DNA of 57,524 nucleotides from Emiliania huxleyi CCMP1516 (Eukaryota): NCBI RefSeq assembly GCF_000372725.1, contig NW_005201269.1, positions 310,001 to 367,524 of the forward strand, read 5' to 3'. Shown piece by piece: positions 55,391 to 57,524 of this stretch (position 1 is its first letter; each line of letters starts with the position of its first letter). The notes under the pieces were generated by a model. It saw only the letters and a program-made list of their open reading frames with translations, ran no database searches and was not told where the DNA came from. The position numbers and the translations under genes were made by a program.

Positions 55391-57524
55391 TTATCGTCTC
55401 GGATTTGAGAGAGAGAGAGAGAGATTTTTGAAGACCAACAAGAAATCACGACTATCACAGACACAGTGATTTGGGCTCGGCAGCTTGTTAGCCCTCAGCC
55501 GAAGCTGGGGCCGGTCCCGGGTGGGGAAGGTCTCTCCGCATATGCAGGCGTAATCCAGCTCACCAGGAAGCCTCCGAACCCCGGCCCACCCATCGGCTAC
55601 GGGGCCTTCCAGCCCCGCCACCGCGTCCGTATAGTGATCCCCGAGGACGGTTCCGGCCCTTCCGAGCGTACACTGGCCACCGTTGACGCACGGGCAGACG
55701 GTCGGCGCCCTCGGGCAGTCTATCTCGAGGCTGGTCGCCCCCTCCCCCTCCCCGAGTGTCTGTAGGTGTCTCGCCACCGCAAACGCCGCCGCCGATAGGA
55801 GGGTAGAGACAGCGTCTTCCGTCCGCGGCGCCGGGGCCTCCGTCGTTCTCCTCGTCACCCTCTCCCGGCCCATCGCTGCTCCGGCGCCGCGAGCCTGCTC
55901 GTGGGGTCGCTCTCGCGCCACGGACATGGTCGCCTCGAGTATCTCATCGACCGACGTCCCCGCCCATTTCCGCAACCGCGCCCCAACCGCCCGTCGCTTA
56001 CGGGGTTGCATCGTCGCGAGCTGTCGAGCCACCCGAATGGTCTTCCGCACTACAAACTCGAGGGGGTCCCGCCATTCTTCCGGGGGCATCGAGATGTCGA
56101 CCTCTCTCCCATCGACACACACCTCCCTCGCTCCGGGCCCCCCCTTCGCCGGGATAGCCATCACACCGTTCTCAAGGTCCAGGCAGGTGGTCCAGCCGCT
56201 GGCGCTTCGGGTGACAAGCCGGTCAACCCTCCCCGGGCGGCCTGGTTGCAGGTCCTGCTCTCCGCGGCATGTCACGCCACAGAAGCCCGCCCCCCATCCC
56301 GGCTCGTTGTGCGGGGTGTCTCGACCCACGTATTGGATGTGGGCCCTGGTCAGGCCCGAGCCCGGGCGTGGGGTCGCCCACACCAGTACCCAGTCCGCCT
56401 TGAAGCCGCCCTTATCGTCGAGGAAATAGACCCAGACCGGTCCGCCTATCTTTTCGGGTGCCGCCACGTTCAGCTCGTCGAGGTCCGTGGCCCGCATCGA
56501 CGCCAAGTCCTTGGTTCTCGATTCCGGCGAGCCTCTCCGGTCCGTCGAGGTCGTCGGCCTGTGGTGCCTCCTCCCGCGCATATGCCATCAGTTTGTCGAG
56601 CGTCGCGTGTCGGTCGTGCTCAGCCGCGAAGTTGCGCACGATTCGCCATCCCACCCCGTCTTCCACCCAGCAGGTAGGATCTGTTGCACCCCTCGGAGAC
56701 GCCGTGTCCATGGTAATCGGGAGGGCCTCTGCGGGCTGCGGGGGGCTCGGTGGCGGCGAGGCGGCCTCTGCCGGCGGGCCTCCCCGCGCCGGCGAGTCGG
56801 CCATAAAGACGGCGCCTGTCGGAGAGCCCACCAGCACCGGCAGGCCGACATTCTCGTACTTGTTGGAGCCTGGTTGCTCAGCGTCCGCCGGGATGACAGC
56901 TGCGCCCCCCGTTCCTCTCCAGCGCAGGCGCGCCAGCCGCTCCGTACCTGCCTTGATGAGCCAGCTCAGCAGGGTCAGCAGCAGTACCGCCGCCCCCACC
57001 CATCCCCATGCAGCCGAAGAGGGCGGGCGCGGTTCCTCTCCGTTGGTACCTTCGGCCGACACTCCTCGTACCAGGCCTAGCCAGCATGCGGCTCTGCCCG
57101 CCGCCAGGCCGTGCGATGTCCCGCCTGTGGCTGCCCACAGCATGGGCGCCCAGCCCCACCACGGTACTGCTTCTGTCCACCGTGAGGTCCACAGGAAGGG
57201 CGACAGTGGGTGGAGCTGAGATGGTAGCGCTGGCGGGGGCGGTTGCGGAAATGGCAGCGGAGACGAGGGCGGCGACGGCAGCAGCGGCGGTGGAGAGGGA
57301 GGCGGAAACAAGGGTGGAGGGCTCGGTATCGGGGTCGATGGCGATGGCGGCGACGGTGGCGGTGGGGGAGGAGGCGGGGGCAAGGGTGGGGGGGTTGGCA
57401 ACAGTGGCGAAGGAGGAGGCGGGGATGGCGGTGGCGGTGAGGGCGGCGGTGGCGAGGGTGGCGTCTGTAGGGCCGGCGGCGGCGAGGGAGGGGGCGGAGA
57501 TGGCAGCGGCGGTGGGTGCGGTGG
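55391..57524 (-). other. Overlapping long ORFs (Pro-rich, TM-like segment, Cys/His cluster); probably a frameshifted repeat-borne gene running off the window
   Basis: ORFs 56412-57401 and 55391-56581; the 3' end (55440-55520) is shared in inverted form with 50095-50168. Confidence 0.35.

Overview
GC-rich eukaryotic nuclear DNA with two assembly gaps (13940-14211, 45217-45913). Short introns with mostly GC donors and 10-11 bp intronic tandem repeats suggest a haptophyte such as Emiliania/Gephyrocapsa huxleyi (inference). Recognisable genes: MLH3, a RanBP2-type zinc-finger protein, an ADD-domain/TFIIIC110-like WD40 fusion, a GT47 exostosin, exosome MTR3, a KIF12-like kinesin, a cyclooxygenase-like heme protein lacking the distal His, a PCO/ADO cysteine dioxygenase, a ~1286-aa secreted Pro/Cys-rich protein with a possible TcA-like pore-forming module, a truncated P3A H+-ATPase, eIF3m, an EOLA1-type ASCH protein, DUF3110, a DGAT2/MGAT and a bacterial-type GNAT. 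Intergenic DNA holds several non-autonomous DNA transposons with readable TIRs and TSDs, including a KDZ/CxC5 remnant and a foldback element with ~30-bp GATCA arrays. Strongest leads: the toxin-like gene, the ADD-TFIIIC fusion, the divergent COX-like enzyme, introns bounded by 19-30 bp copies of exon sequence, and a nested inverted-repeat structure at 5.2-10.9 kb. All family assignments come from motif recognition by eye; no searches were run.
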